Assembly: GCA_048939995.1 (NCBI GenBank)
Contig: JBHLOY010000001.1
Span: 366,449 to 430,448 of the forward strand
DNA length: 64,000 nucleotides
Direction: 5' to 3'
Source: Promethearchaeota archaeon
Lineage (GTDB): Archaea > Asgardarchaeota > Lokiarchaeia > Sigyniarchaeales > SOKP01
Shown piece after piece: positions 52,181 to 61,010 of the stretch (positions within the stretch are counted from its first letter, which is position 1; each line of letters starts with the position of its first letter). The notes beneath the pieces are model-generated. The model saw nothing but the letters and a program-made list of their open reading frames with translations, was not told the DNA's origin and made no database searches. The translations under genes were made by a program, and so were the position numbers.

Positions 52181-53683
52181 TCACTGTTCTAAGCTATCTA
52201 AGGCAGTAATAGCAGATTCACAAACATAATCACATTCGTCGTGTATAAGACCCTTTAAACCTGAAATAATTTCAGGTGTAGTTATACCAATTTTTGCAAG
52301 AGCTTCAGTGGATCTCCATCTAACATCAGGATTTTTATCACTTAAAGCATTCATCAACGATGGAATCGCTCTTTCAGCAAATTTGCCCATTTTACCAATG
52401 GATAATGCCGCCTCTCGTCGTACAATTTTAGATTTATCATTTAGAGCTTGTTCAAGAGCAGATAAAGCATCTTCCGAGCCAATTCCGATACTTCCTAGTG
52501 CCCTTGCAGCCTCAACTCGAATATGCTTTTTTCCACTTTGCATTATTTCAATCATAAATGGGATAGCTTCTTCAGCGTCTACACCAATACCTCCAATTGA
52601 AGAAATAATTATTAGTTTACGCCTATTATTGGTTATAAAATATTTTATTATATAATAAGGGGTTAAAATTAGAGGTACTAATAGAGTTAAAATGAATATG
52701 AAAATAGGAAGAAAATCTGATGATTCTAATAATATGTATGGGGCAACCAAAAAAGGTAAGATCCAATACAATATCCAACCAAATGAAAATTTCATATACT
52801 CATTATAAGATTTGATTAATGACGGTATAGAGTCTTTTCCAATTGAGCGAAGCGCATCAGCAGCTTTTCCGTGGATAATTTCATTATTATCTCTTAATAA
52901 CAAATAAAGGCTCTCAATAACTTTTGGATCTGCTTTTTTTATTTCACCCAAAGTTTCAATAGCTTCTTTTTTTATAATCAGATTTTTGTGTTTTATTATA
53001 CCTAATAAACTTGGTATCGCTGCTTCTCCCATCTCAGCTAAGGTGCTAACTATTCTATATCTTACTCTCCAATCCTTATCATCAATTGAAGAGATCAAAC
53101 TTGGAAGAGCCTTTATAGATCCTTTTCCAATTTTACTTATTGCCTGAGCTGAAGCAGTCCTAACTGCCCAACTTATATCTTTAAGGCTCTTCATTAAATA
53201 AGGAACTGAATCACCTGCCTCAGGACCAATAGATCCAAGAGCATTAGCAGCTTCTGCACGAACTTCTTCATTATTATCCTTTAATGCTTTATTTAGGCTA
53301 TTTAATGACTCCGGAGTTGGATTTTTGATCTTACCTAATGAGATTGCTGCCTCTTTTCGAATTGATTCATATTCACTACTTAGTAATTTAGCGAGTTCTG
53401 GCACAGCATCCTTTATACTAGTCCCAATCTTTCCTAAAGTTCGAGCAGTCTCACGACAGATACTCCAATCCTCATCTGAAAGACAAGCCAATAATTCTGA
53501 GACTGCATTTATTGATTTATCTCCTAATTCTCCTAAAATGTATATCGCGTTAAATTTTATTGATCGAATTTCACTATCTAAATTTGCAATTACTTCTTTG
53601 ATTACTGAGGGATCCTTTTCAATTCTAGATAATACTAAATCAATCCTAGAGTCTCTTAAAAGTGTTTCTAATGGGGCAGACAA
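52181..53683 (-). CDS. HEAT (PBS-lyase-like) repeat protein with internal transmembrane hairpin
   Basis: Repeated VRxxAAxALGxIG units either side of two hydrophobic helices (FGWILYWILPFLVAPYILL / FLPIFIFILTLLVPLILTPYYII). Confidence 0.9.
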   Translation of the reverse strand: MSAPLETLLRDSRIDLVLSRIEKDPSVIKEVIANLDSEIRSIKFNAIYILGELGDKSINAVSELLACLSDEDWSICRETARTLGKIGTSIKDAVPELAKLLSSEYESIRKEAAISLGKIKNPTPESLNSLNKALKDNNEEVRAEAANALGSIGPEAGDSVPYLMKSLKDISWAVRTASAQAISKIGKGSIKALPSLISSIDDKDWRVRYRIVSTLAEMGEAAIPSLLGIIKHKNLIIKKEAIETLGEIKKADPKVIESLYLLLRDNNEIIHGKAADALRSIGKDSIPSLIKSYNEYMKFSFGWILYWILPFLVAPYILLESSDFLPIFIFILTLLVPLILTPYYIIKYFITNNRRKLIIISSIGGIGVDAEEAIPFMIEIMQSGKKHIRVEAARALGSIGIGSEDALSALEQALNDKSKIVRREAALSIGKMGKFAERAIPSLMNALSDKNPDVRWRSTEALAKIGITTPEIISGLKGLIHDECDYVCESAITALDSLEQ

Positions 53684-53694
53684 TTTTTATCACC

Positions 53695-54408
53695 TTATAT
53701 ACCTAAATAAACCTTTTTTATTCGGGGTTCCTTTTCTAACTGTTCTTTGGTTCCCCGCATTTCTATTTTACCTTCTTCTAAGACATGGATATTTTCTCCT
53801 ACTTGCATCCCCAATACAGCATCCTGTTCAACTAAAAGCGCAGTAGTACCTTCATTTTTGATTTTCTCAATAGCATTAAATATATTTGCTTTAATTTTAG
53901 GAGCTAAACCTAATGAAGGTTCATCCATTAATAGAAGTTTCGGATTAGCCATAAGTGAGCGAGCTATTGCTAGCATTTGTTGTTCTCCACCACTAAGTGT
54001 TCCAGCTCTTTGTTTTTTCCTTTCTTTAAGACGTGGAAAAAGTTCAAAAACAAAATTAATTAATTCTTTATATTTTGATTTATCCTTAAGAGAATATGCT
54101 CCCATACGAAGATTTTCCTCAACACTCATATCATAAAAAAGTCTCCTACGTTCTGGGCAATGTGAAATTCCCAATCTAGCAATTTCATTAGCTTTCATAT
54201 CATCTATTCTTACTCCCATGAAAGTAATTTTACCTCGATCAGGTTCTTCTAAACCCGAAATTACTCTAAGAAGTGTAGATTTACCAGCACCATTAGGCCC
54301 TATAACTACGTCAAGAGATTTTTCTTCCACATTTAAATTAATTTCTTCGAGGGATTTTGCCTTACCATAATAATGATATATTTTTTTTAATTCAAGCAAA
54401 TTCTTCAC
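53695..54408 (-). CDS. livF: Branched-chain amino acid type ABC ATPase (LivF-like)
   Basis: GPNGAGKS, LSGGEQQM, DEPSLGLAP, VEQ. Confidence 0.9.
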   Translation of the reverse strand: MKNLLELKKIYHYYGKAKSLEEINLNVEEKSLDVVIGPNGAGKSTLLRVISGLEEPDRGKITFMGVRIDDMKANEIARLGISHCPERRRLFYDMSVEENLRMGAYSLKDKSKYKELINFVFELFPRLKERKKQRAGTLSGGEQQMLAIARSLMANPKLLLMDEPSLGLAPKIKANIFNAIEKIKNEGTTALLVEQDAVLGMQVGENIHVLEEGKIEMRGTKEQLEKEPRIKKVYLGI

Positions 54409-55132
54409 CTTTACCTAAATATGCTTCTAATACAATTTTATTACTTGCAACTTCTTTGGGAGTTGCATCAATAATGAATTTACCTTGGTGCATTGCTATT
54501 ACTCTCGGTACAAGATGCATTAGTTCTCTTAATACATGACCAGTCATAAAGATTGTGGCTCCATCCTCATGTAGTGCTTTGATTAATTCAGTAATAACAT
54601 CTGATTCTTCACGAGATAGCCCACTAAAAGGCTCATCAAGGAGTAAAAGTTGAGGATTAGTACCAAGTGCTTTGGCGATTTGAAGTTTTCTTAAATCCCC
54701 ATGAGGTAATACAATTGGAGGGATTCTAGCTTTATCAACTAAACCTGTAGATGCTAATATAGTACTAGCATATTCTTCTACTCCATAATTTTTTGCAACT
54801 CTCTTACCTCTTGGTGAAAGACAAGATACTGTTACATTATCCAGTAAAGTTAAAAACTTAAAAGATCTCACCAGTTGGAAGGTACGAGCTATTCCTAAGT
54901 TGACTATCTTATAGGGTTTCATACCAGTAATGTTTCGTCCATCAAATCTAATCCTTCCTAAACTTGGTTTCTCAAATCCAGATATTAGATTAAAAATTGT
55001 GGTTTTTCCTGCACCATTTGGTCCAATTAATCCTACAAATTCACCACGATTAATCTCAAAGCTAAAATCATTAACAGCTGTTAAACCGCCATATTTTTTG
55101 GTTAAATTTTTTACTTCTAAAAGAACTCCCAT
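54392..55132 (-). CDS. livG: Branched-chain amino acid type ABC ATPase (LivG-like)
   Basis: YGGLTAV, GPNGAGKT, GIARTFQ, LLDEP, EAYLG. Confidence 0.9.
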   Translation of the reverse strand: MGVLLEVKNLTKKYGGLTAVNDFSFEINRGEFVGLIGPNGAGKTTIFNLISGFEKPSLGRIRFDGRNITGMKPYKIVNLGIARTFQLVRSFKFLTLLDNVTVSCLSPRGKRVAKNYGVEEYASTILASTGLVDKARIPPIVLPHGDLRKLQIAKALGTNPQLLLLDEPFSGLSREESDVITELIKALHEDGATIFMTGHVLRELMHLVPRVIAMHQGKFIIDATPKEVASNKIVLEAYLGKGEEFA

Positions 55133-55159
55133 TTTAAAATTCACATATTTTTTTAATAA

Positions 55160-56188
55160 TTATCGTCCTATTAAAATGTCATATAAATCTTTAAGTTTTT
55201 CTACTATTGGCTTCAAAATACCATGTTCAGCAAATCGTATTACTATTATTAAGATGATAGAAAATATAAATACTGATACATCAGGCCATTCACTAAAAAT
55301 TTCGGCAACAAACCAAAAGAAATATGAGCCTAATGCTGATCCCGAAATAGTTGCTATTCCTCCTAGAGAGGCCATAACTATCGCATAAAATGAATATAGA
55401 GGCTGGTAGACTCCCGGATTTACACCTCGATTATGCATAGCGAATAAACTGCCTGCAATACCCGCAAAAAAAGCGCTAATCATAAAGGCAATGATTTTAT
55501 ATTTTGTTAAATTGATACCAGACGCTTCTGCTCCTTTATTATCGTCTCGGATTGATTTAAGGACAGTTCCCATCTTTGATTTGGTGATCCAAATTAAAAT
55601 TTCAAAAGTAGCGATCATTAAGATTAAATGGATATAATAATTATCTATAGCATTCCTTGAAATTTGTGGGATTTGGGAAATCCCTTCAGATCCTCCCAAC
55701 CAGGGTTCAAACCTAACGTTAAGGAATACATTAAACATAATTAACCCTAAAACCATTGTCCCTAATCCTAAATAGGGCCCTTTAAGTCTTAGGGCTGGAA
55801 TTCCAATCAACAATCCGAATACTACTCCAACCAGAGCTCCAATAATAAGCGCTAGCCACCAGACTGTTTCACCAAATAAAGGAGTGAAAACATAACGAAT
55901 AAAAAATGATGTAATGTAGCCAGCAATCCCGAAAAATATCGCATGCCCAAAGCTAACTTGCCCTGTAAAGCCAGCTAAAAAATCCCAACTTGCCGCAAAA
56001 ATCGCAAAGATCATCGAAGTAATAAAAATACCTAAATAATACCTATTTTGAGTGAAAAGAGGTACAATAAAAAGTGCTATCAAACAAATAACAGTTAATT
56101 TTCCCCTAAAAGTTTTTAGCCAATTAATAAGATAGATTTTTGAACTAGATACTTTTTTCTTTAAACGACTTTTTTCTTTTAATGACAT
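55160..56188 (-). CDS. livM: ABC permease (LivM-like)
   Basis: GQVSFGHA, LRLKGPYL, SIRDD...AEASGIN. Confidence 0.9.
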   Translation of the reverse strand: MSLKEKSRLKKKVSSSKIYLINWLKTFRGKLTVICLIALFIVPLFTQNRYYLGIFITSMIFAIFAASWDFLAGFTGQVSFGHAIFFGIAGYITSFFIRYVFTPLFGETVWWLALIIGALVGVVFGLLIGIPALRLKGPYLGLGTMVLGLIMFNVFLNVRFEPWLGGSEGISQIPQISRNAIDNYYIHLILMIATFEILIWITKSKMGTVLKSIRDDNKGAEASGINLTKYKIIAFMISAFFAGIAGSLFAMHNRGVNPGVYQPLYSFYAIVMASLGGIATISGSALGSYFFWFVAEIFSEWPDVSVFIFSIILIIVIRFAEHGILKPIVEKLKDLYDILIGR

Positions 56189-56218
56189 TTTTTATAATTT
56201 CTCCTATAAGCTTTAGAA

Positions 56219-57079
56219 TTAATAGACTTCTTTTTTTCCAAATAAACCTCTTGGTCGAATTAAAAGTACTAAAATAATCACTATAATCGGTACTATTGCA
56301 GAAAAAGCTGGATCAATAAAATAATTAACAATATTTCTAGTATATCCCATAATAAATGCTCCAACTACACTTCCTTTCAAACTTCCTAATCCACCAAAAA
56401 TTACAATGGCAAAAGAATTTGATAAGACTTCCCAACCCATATGAGGGGCTATAGATGCAGCTGGTACGTATAATATTGCTGCGATTCCTGCTAAAAATGC
56501 TGAAATCATAACAGTATACATAAGTGTCCTATCAGCATTAATGCCCATTAGCATTGCAGCTTCTCTATCTTGAGAAATCGCTCTTATTGATTTTCCAAGT
56601 TTTGATTTATTTATAAAAACCCCTATAATAATTACGATCACAAATGAAGATATTAATATAACAAGAAATTGTGCTGGAAATGACACGCCAAGAATAGTAA
56701 AAGTATAATCCTTTACAGGGCTTGGAACCGTGTGAGGTATGGCATCCCCAAAAACTTTTATGAATTGTTCAAAAAAGAATCCCAATGAAAATGTAATAAT
56801 AAGAATAGCCACATGGTTCTCTTGCAAAGGTTTTATTAGAAGAAGATAGGAAGCCCCACCGACAATAATAATAATAACTAGCGAGAGAATAGTTCCTCCT
56901 ATAAAACCCATTATATTGAATGTCCAGAACAGAATATATCCTGTTAACAAATAAAATAATCCATGAGATAAATTCAAAATTCCCCCAACTCCATAAACTA
57001 ATGAAAATCCCAAGGCAAGTAGCATATAAACAGAAGCTTCAATTGTTCCAAAAATTATTACTTCGGCAATAGGTACCAT
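56219..57079 (-). CDS. livH: ABC permease (LivH-like)
   Basis: ALGFSLVYG...NLSHG, GKSIRAISQD..AA.LMGI, RPRGLFG. Confidence 0.9.
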   Translation of the reverse strand: MVPIAEVIIFGTIEASVYMLLALGFSLVYGVGGILNLSHGLFYLLTGYILFWTFNIMGFIGGTILSLVIIIIVGGASYLLLIKPLQENHVAILIITFSLGFFFEQFIKVFGDAIPHTVPSPVKDYTFTILGVSFPAQFLVILISSFVIVIIIGVFINKSKLGKSIRAISQDREAAMLMGINADRTLMYTVMISAFLAGIAAILYVPAASIAPHMGWEVLSNSFAIVIFGGLGSLKGSVVGAFIMGYTRNIVNYFIDPAFSAIVPIIVIILVLLIRPRGLFGKKEVY

Positions 57080-57226
57080 TTTTTATCCTCGATTTATTCC
57101 TAAAATTATTTATAAGTTTAATTTTACTTTAAAGTTTATAAAGCTTTTCTATCAATTTCTAAATTGGCATAAATAAGAATAATAGAGAAAAAAAAAAAAA
57201 ATTGAGGTTACAAGATTGTTTTCTTT

Positions 57227-58615
57227 TTAATCATTGATCCCCCAGGGAGGAATTGCTATAGCTCCTGTTACAATACTATCTGGATAAAGTACATTTCCAG
57301 ATGATATAACACTTTTTGAACCATCTGGTTTCCATTGACAATATAAAGTAGTACCATATGGCCAACCCACTACTGCATCATGAGCCTTATTCCAACCCAC
57401 GTAACCTGTTGAAACACTGTCTCCAATCCATGGGCTAGCTCTATTAAAGCTTTCGAGATACGTTATTAGCGTTTCAGTCTTAAAACTTCCAGTCGCGTTA
57501 ATGCTAGCAGCTATTGTGTTTACAGCGTCATAGGCTCCTACTGCTGTATATAAAGGTTCATGATCAAATGTAGCTATAAAATCATCCCAGAAGGCTATTG
57601 TTAAGTCAGTTTTATTTGTCCTATGAACAGACTGCATTATCGTTTCATAAGCACAATCTCCGCCAGTATCGTCCCAGAATGTATCTAATTGCGATTGAAC
57701 ATCGATGCCTACTAAAAGACATTGGGGTTGGAGAGCTGCATATTGAGTCATCATGTAAATTCCACCTTGAGCTGAGATTACGGGGATTGTTATTTGTGCA
57801 TTTGCCGCCTCTATTTGATTCCAGTAGGTAGCAAAATCTGTTGCTGTAGCAGTAATGGGATATGCAATGTCAGCTACTATGGTATATCCATATAATGGAA
57901 GGTAAGTATTAAGTGCAGTATCCATTGGAATGGTCCAGTCTAAAGCTTCTCGTAAAACTGCCACCTTGTTTATGGTTTTGTTAAGTACAAGAGGATTTTG
58001 TAAATATGCCTTGAGGAAAGCCATTTGGCCGATTTGTGATCCTCCTAATGCAGATGAATTAATAGGCATAACCCTAAACCAATACTTATATCTATTATAA
58101 CTAGAATACGCTTCTCCGTAAACATTATAGCAGAAATAATCGGTTGATGCTCCAGTTCCAAGAAATAACTTTTTAGCATCCATAACGACTTCTACATACG
58201 CTTTTAAAGCCTCTGTTCTAAATCCTCCTATTATATATTCTGCACCATCTACTTCAATAATTTTTTCTGCTGCACCAACTCCCTTAGTAACGTCAAGTAC
58301 AGGGTTTGATTCATCCGTATCTTCAGCTACGAGCCCTATATAGTAAGTCGTACCATTAACTTGAACTCCGCCACCGGTATTTATATTATAGGCTGCAAGC
58401 CAGGCTCCCTCATAATTTCCCTGTCCTTGTATTTCAGTTATACCTCCAAGTAAACCAATCTTAATTATTCGATTATCTGGTATACCTGAAACTCCCGGAG
58501 TTATAAAAGCAGATGCAGCTGGAGTTAATAAAAACCAGACGCCAACGCCTATACCTGCACCAGCGATAGCTAAGACAGCAACTATGGCTAAGATTCTTTT
58601 CATATTTCGTTCCAT
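57227..58615 (-). CDS. ABC substrate-binding protein (LivJ/K-type fold), N-terminal membrane anchor
   Basis: N-terminal TM, IKIGLLG, IN..GG, AYDAV; heads the liv cluster; followed by a U tract (A run at about 57188-57200). Confidence 0.9.
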   Translation of the reverse strand: MERNMKRILAIVAVLAIAGAGIGVGVWFLLTPAASAFITPGVSGIPDNRIIKIGLLGGITEIQGQGNYEGAWLAAYNINTGGGVQVNGTTYYIGLVAEDTDESNPVLDVTKGVGAAEKIIEVDGAEYIIGGFRTEALKAYVEVVMDAKKLFLGTGASTDYFCYNVYGEAYSSYNRYKYWFRVMPINSSALGGSQIGQMAFLKAYLQNPLVLNKTINKVAVLREALDWTIPMDTALNTYLPLYGYTIVADIAYPITATATDFATYWNQIEAANAQITIPVISAQGGIYMMTQYAALQPQCLLVGIDVQSQLDTFWDDTGGDCAYETIMQSVHRTNKTDLTIAFWDDFIATFDHEPLYTAVGAYDAVNTIAASINATGSFKTETLITYLESFNRASPWIGDSVSTGYVGWNKAHDAVVGWPYGTTLYCQWKPDGSKSVISSGNVLYPDSIVTGAIAIPPWGIND

Positions 58616-58782
58616 ATTTTAATCACTTTTTAGAAAGTTATTATTTTTAACAAATTTTTATATCTAAATTAGATTTGACAATTAGTATTTCAGATAAACA
58701 TATATTTAAATATTTATAATTGAACTCTGTATTTTTCTATAGACAGTCTAAAAAACAGTTATTAATTTACTAGCTTAGAAGG

Positions 58783-59736
58783 CTATTGATTTATTTTAAA
58801 CAGGTTAAATCCATTAGAAACATGGTCAATTATATCTGATCTTTTGTTAAAAGTCACTTTTAGACCATATACTGATCCTCGGAAATAACTTTCTGCCAGG
58901 ACTAGTATGACACTGCAATGTTCATCAGTTTTTTTAATAATCGGTATTTGTGCCTCCCATTTCGTAAAAAACACATAATTTTTTGCGATATTTATTGCTT
59001 TTTTATAATACTTCATATCTTCAGATGCATTTGATAACTGAGTTTCAAAAATTTTACTATTTTTTTTTGAAAATTGAATTTTCTTTCTTAATCTAAAAAT
59101 GCATAAGTTATCTGAAGAAATTTTTTCATAAATAAAATATCTAAATGGGAATAGACCAGGAATGTAAAGCGCATTAGAAGGCAATTTTGCTTGAATCCAA
59201 ATTTTAGAAATAATGCGATACATGAAATAGAGTAAATAAAATCCAAAAAAGTATTGAAATAGATATGAAAAGAATAGTTGTGGAAAAAAGAAGTATAATA
59301 TTGAATAAAATATTATTACTGTACCTGAGATAAGAGCTAAAACAAAATTAATTGCCCTATCTATAAAAAATCTATACCTTCTTTTCGAGAAGGGATAAAA
59401 AATAGGAATTTTGGACGCTGTCATTAAATCAAGTGAAATATGAAGACTGTAAAAAAGGAATCCGACAACCCAGACAATAACAAAATTTTCATTGGTAATA
59501 AGAGTAAATATACTTGCTGTAAAAAAAGAAAAGATGATTGCAGTAAAATAAGAATGGGATAATCCTTTGTGTGAGAGAAAATTTGATTTTTTAATTAATT
59601 GTAATGGTTCCAAGACAATATCAAAATCAGCAATGATAGCCATAATTATAGCATAGAGAACGATACTAAATGGTAATGAGTTAAGCGTGTAGATACTTAT
59701 AAATATTGCCATTAAAAAGTGTGTGAAAAAATCCAT
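58783..59736 (-). CDS. Membrane metal-dependent hydrolase (YdjM-like)
   Basis: MDFFTH, ADFD, HKGLSHS, LHISLD motifs. Confidence 0.85.
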   Translation of the reverse strand: MDFFTHFLMAIFISIYTLNSLPFSIVLYAIIMAIIADFDIVLEPLQLIKKSNFLSHKGLSHSYFTAIIFSFFTASIFTLITNENFVIVWVVGFLFYSLHISLDLMTASKIPIFYPFSKRRYRFFIDRAINFVLALISGTVIIFYSILYFFFPQLFFSYLFQYFFGFYLLYFMYRIISKIWIQAKLPSNALYIPGLFPFRYFIYEKISSDNLCIFRLRKKIQFSKKNSKIFETQLSNASEDMKYYKKAINIAKNYVFFTKWEAQIPIIKKTDEHCSVILVLAESYFRGSVYGLKVTFNKRSDIIDHVSNGFNLFKINQ

Positions 59737-59841
59737 AAAAGCTCGAAGATTTAAATAAGGAATTATTTTTTAAGTTTCAGATTTTAAAATAAAGAGGAAA
59801 GAATTTAAATATTTTTTGCAATAAATTAAGGAGGCAATCCT

Positions 59842-59885
59842 TTTGTCAATCTCTTACTATAATTTTCTAAAAGATTTCATTCAAA
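59842..59885 (-). promoter_or_regulatory. Candidate SECIS-like kink-turn hairpin in 3' UTR
   Basis: Minus strand UUUG-A-AUGA-AAUCUUUUA-G-AAAAUUAUA-G-UAAGAGAUU-GA-CAAA: lower stem, 3-nt bulge, tandem GA/AG, 9-bp upper stem, A-rich loop. Confidence 0.45.
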
Positions 59886-59999
59886 TTATTATAATTGTTT
59901 GTTAAAATAATGGATAAAATATTTATTCTCTTTACCATATTTTTGGCGCAGTATTGTTTTAAGTGACCCCATATCTAATCGTTCTTTTACTTTTTCTCA

Positions 60000-60356
60000 T
60001 CAACATCCTACATCTGGTTGTAATTGAATAAAGCTATTAGGATAGATATTGAATTCAATATTTTCCCTAATGGGGTTAAATTTACGTAAAATTCCATCCT
60101 CATCAGGTGCGTAGGCAAATACTCCGACGTCCTCATATATTAAACCTTCCTCTAAATTTACAAATAGTTGAAGATAACTATGAATGTAACTCTCATATAG
60201 TGGAAATATTGAATTCATAGAATCTTCCATTTCAATTTTATCAACCAATGCTAAAGCTTGGATAAATGTTGCGTTATCATTGAGTTCAAGAGAATACTTC
60301 TTACCCTGTTGGAGACCTTTAATTGGTATACTAATTTCAAATTCTACCTTTTTAAT
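60000..60356 (-). CDS. MoaD/Urm1/SAMP-like beta-grasp protein ending Gly-Cys, probable ATT start; possible selenoprotein
   Basis: Frame extends 36 codons upstream of the track ORF to ATT 7 nt after AGGTGA: KKVEFEISIP..KKYSLELNDNATFIQALALVD...NIYPNSFIQLQPDVGC then TGA TGA. Confidence 0.7.
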   Translation of the reverse strand: MKKVEFEISIPIKGLQQGKKYSLELNDNATFIQALALVDKIEMEDSMNSIFPLYESYIHSYLQLFVNLEEGLIYEDVGVFAYAPDEDGILRKFNPIRENIEFNIYPNSFIQLQPDVGC

Positions 60357-60378
60357 CTTTAATTCACCTATCGTATGA

Positions 60379-60648
60379 TTATATTAAGCCTTTTTCTTTA
60401 AGGAGAATGGGTAAATCTTTTTTCAGTAGAAATGCAGCAGTATATTTTCTTTCATTATCTACTACAATTGAGTTTCCATGTAAATTAAGGCTTCTAGCTT
60501 CTTCAGAATTAAGATTTTTTGTGCTATAATCAATATGTTTAATGTAAGGAGTTAAAACAATGAATACACGGTTCATAAACTTATCCCATTCGCAAGCACA
60601 GCTATCTAATGGCACATAAATGTCCACTTTTAATTTGCTATTTTCCAT
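60379..60648 (-). CDS. Small thioredoxin-fold CxC protein, ArsD-like metallochaperone candidate
   Basis: KVDIYVPLDSCAC resembles the ArsD N-terminal strand/Cys cluster; IVVD strand; ars-type context. Confidence 0.6.
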   Translation of the reverse strand: MENSKLKVDIYVPLDSCACEWDKFMNRVFIVLTPYIKHIDYSTKNLNSEEARSLNLHGNSIVVDNERKYTAAFLLKKDLPILLKEKGLI

Positions 60649-60659
60649 GGTTTAGATCC

Positions 60660-60965
60660 TTAAGAACAATTACATGATTGGTTTGAATTTTTTACTCTAC
60701 TTCTCACATTCCATAAACATCCACAACCAGGCTGTTCTTGCATAATGATAGCTTGGGTGGGGCAATTTCTCTTACAGGCACTGCACTCAGTACAGAGATT
60801 TTCATTAGTTATTTCATACTTTCCATTTTCATTTGGTTTTGGTAATCCAAAAGGGCAAATCTCTCCACACAACCCACAACCATTACAGATATCTTTATTA
60901 ATAAAGATACGCAGATTCTTCATGATTTGTGTGATATTTAAAGACTTAAAATCTATTTCAGTCAA
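60660..60965 (-). CDS. HgcB-like 2x[4Fe-4S] ferredoxin with extra Cys
   Basis: CNGCGLCGEICP, CTECSACKRNCP, then GCGC and terminal CNCS; TTG start after GGAGG; directly after the HgcA-like gene. Confidence 0.85.
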   Translation of the reverse strand: MTEIDFKSLNITQIMKNLRIFINKDICNGCGLCGEICPFGLPKPNENGKYEITNENLCTECSACKRNCPTQAIIMQEQPGCGCLWNVRSRVKNSNQSCNCS

Positions 60966-61010
60966 ACTTAACACCTCCTAATCTACAATATTATTAATTT
61001 TTTATATTAT

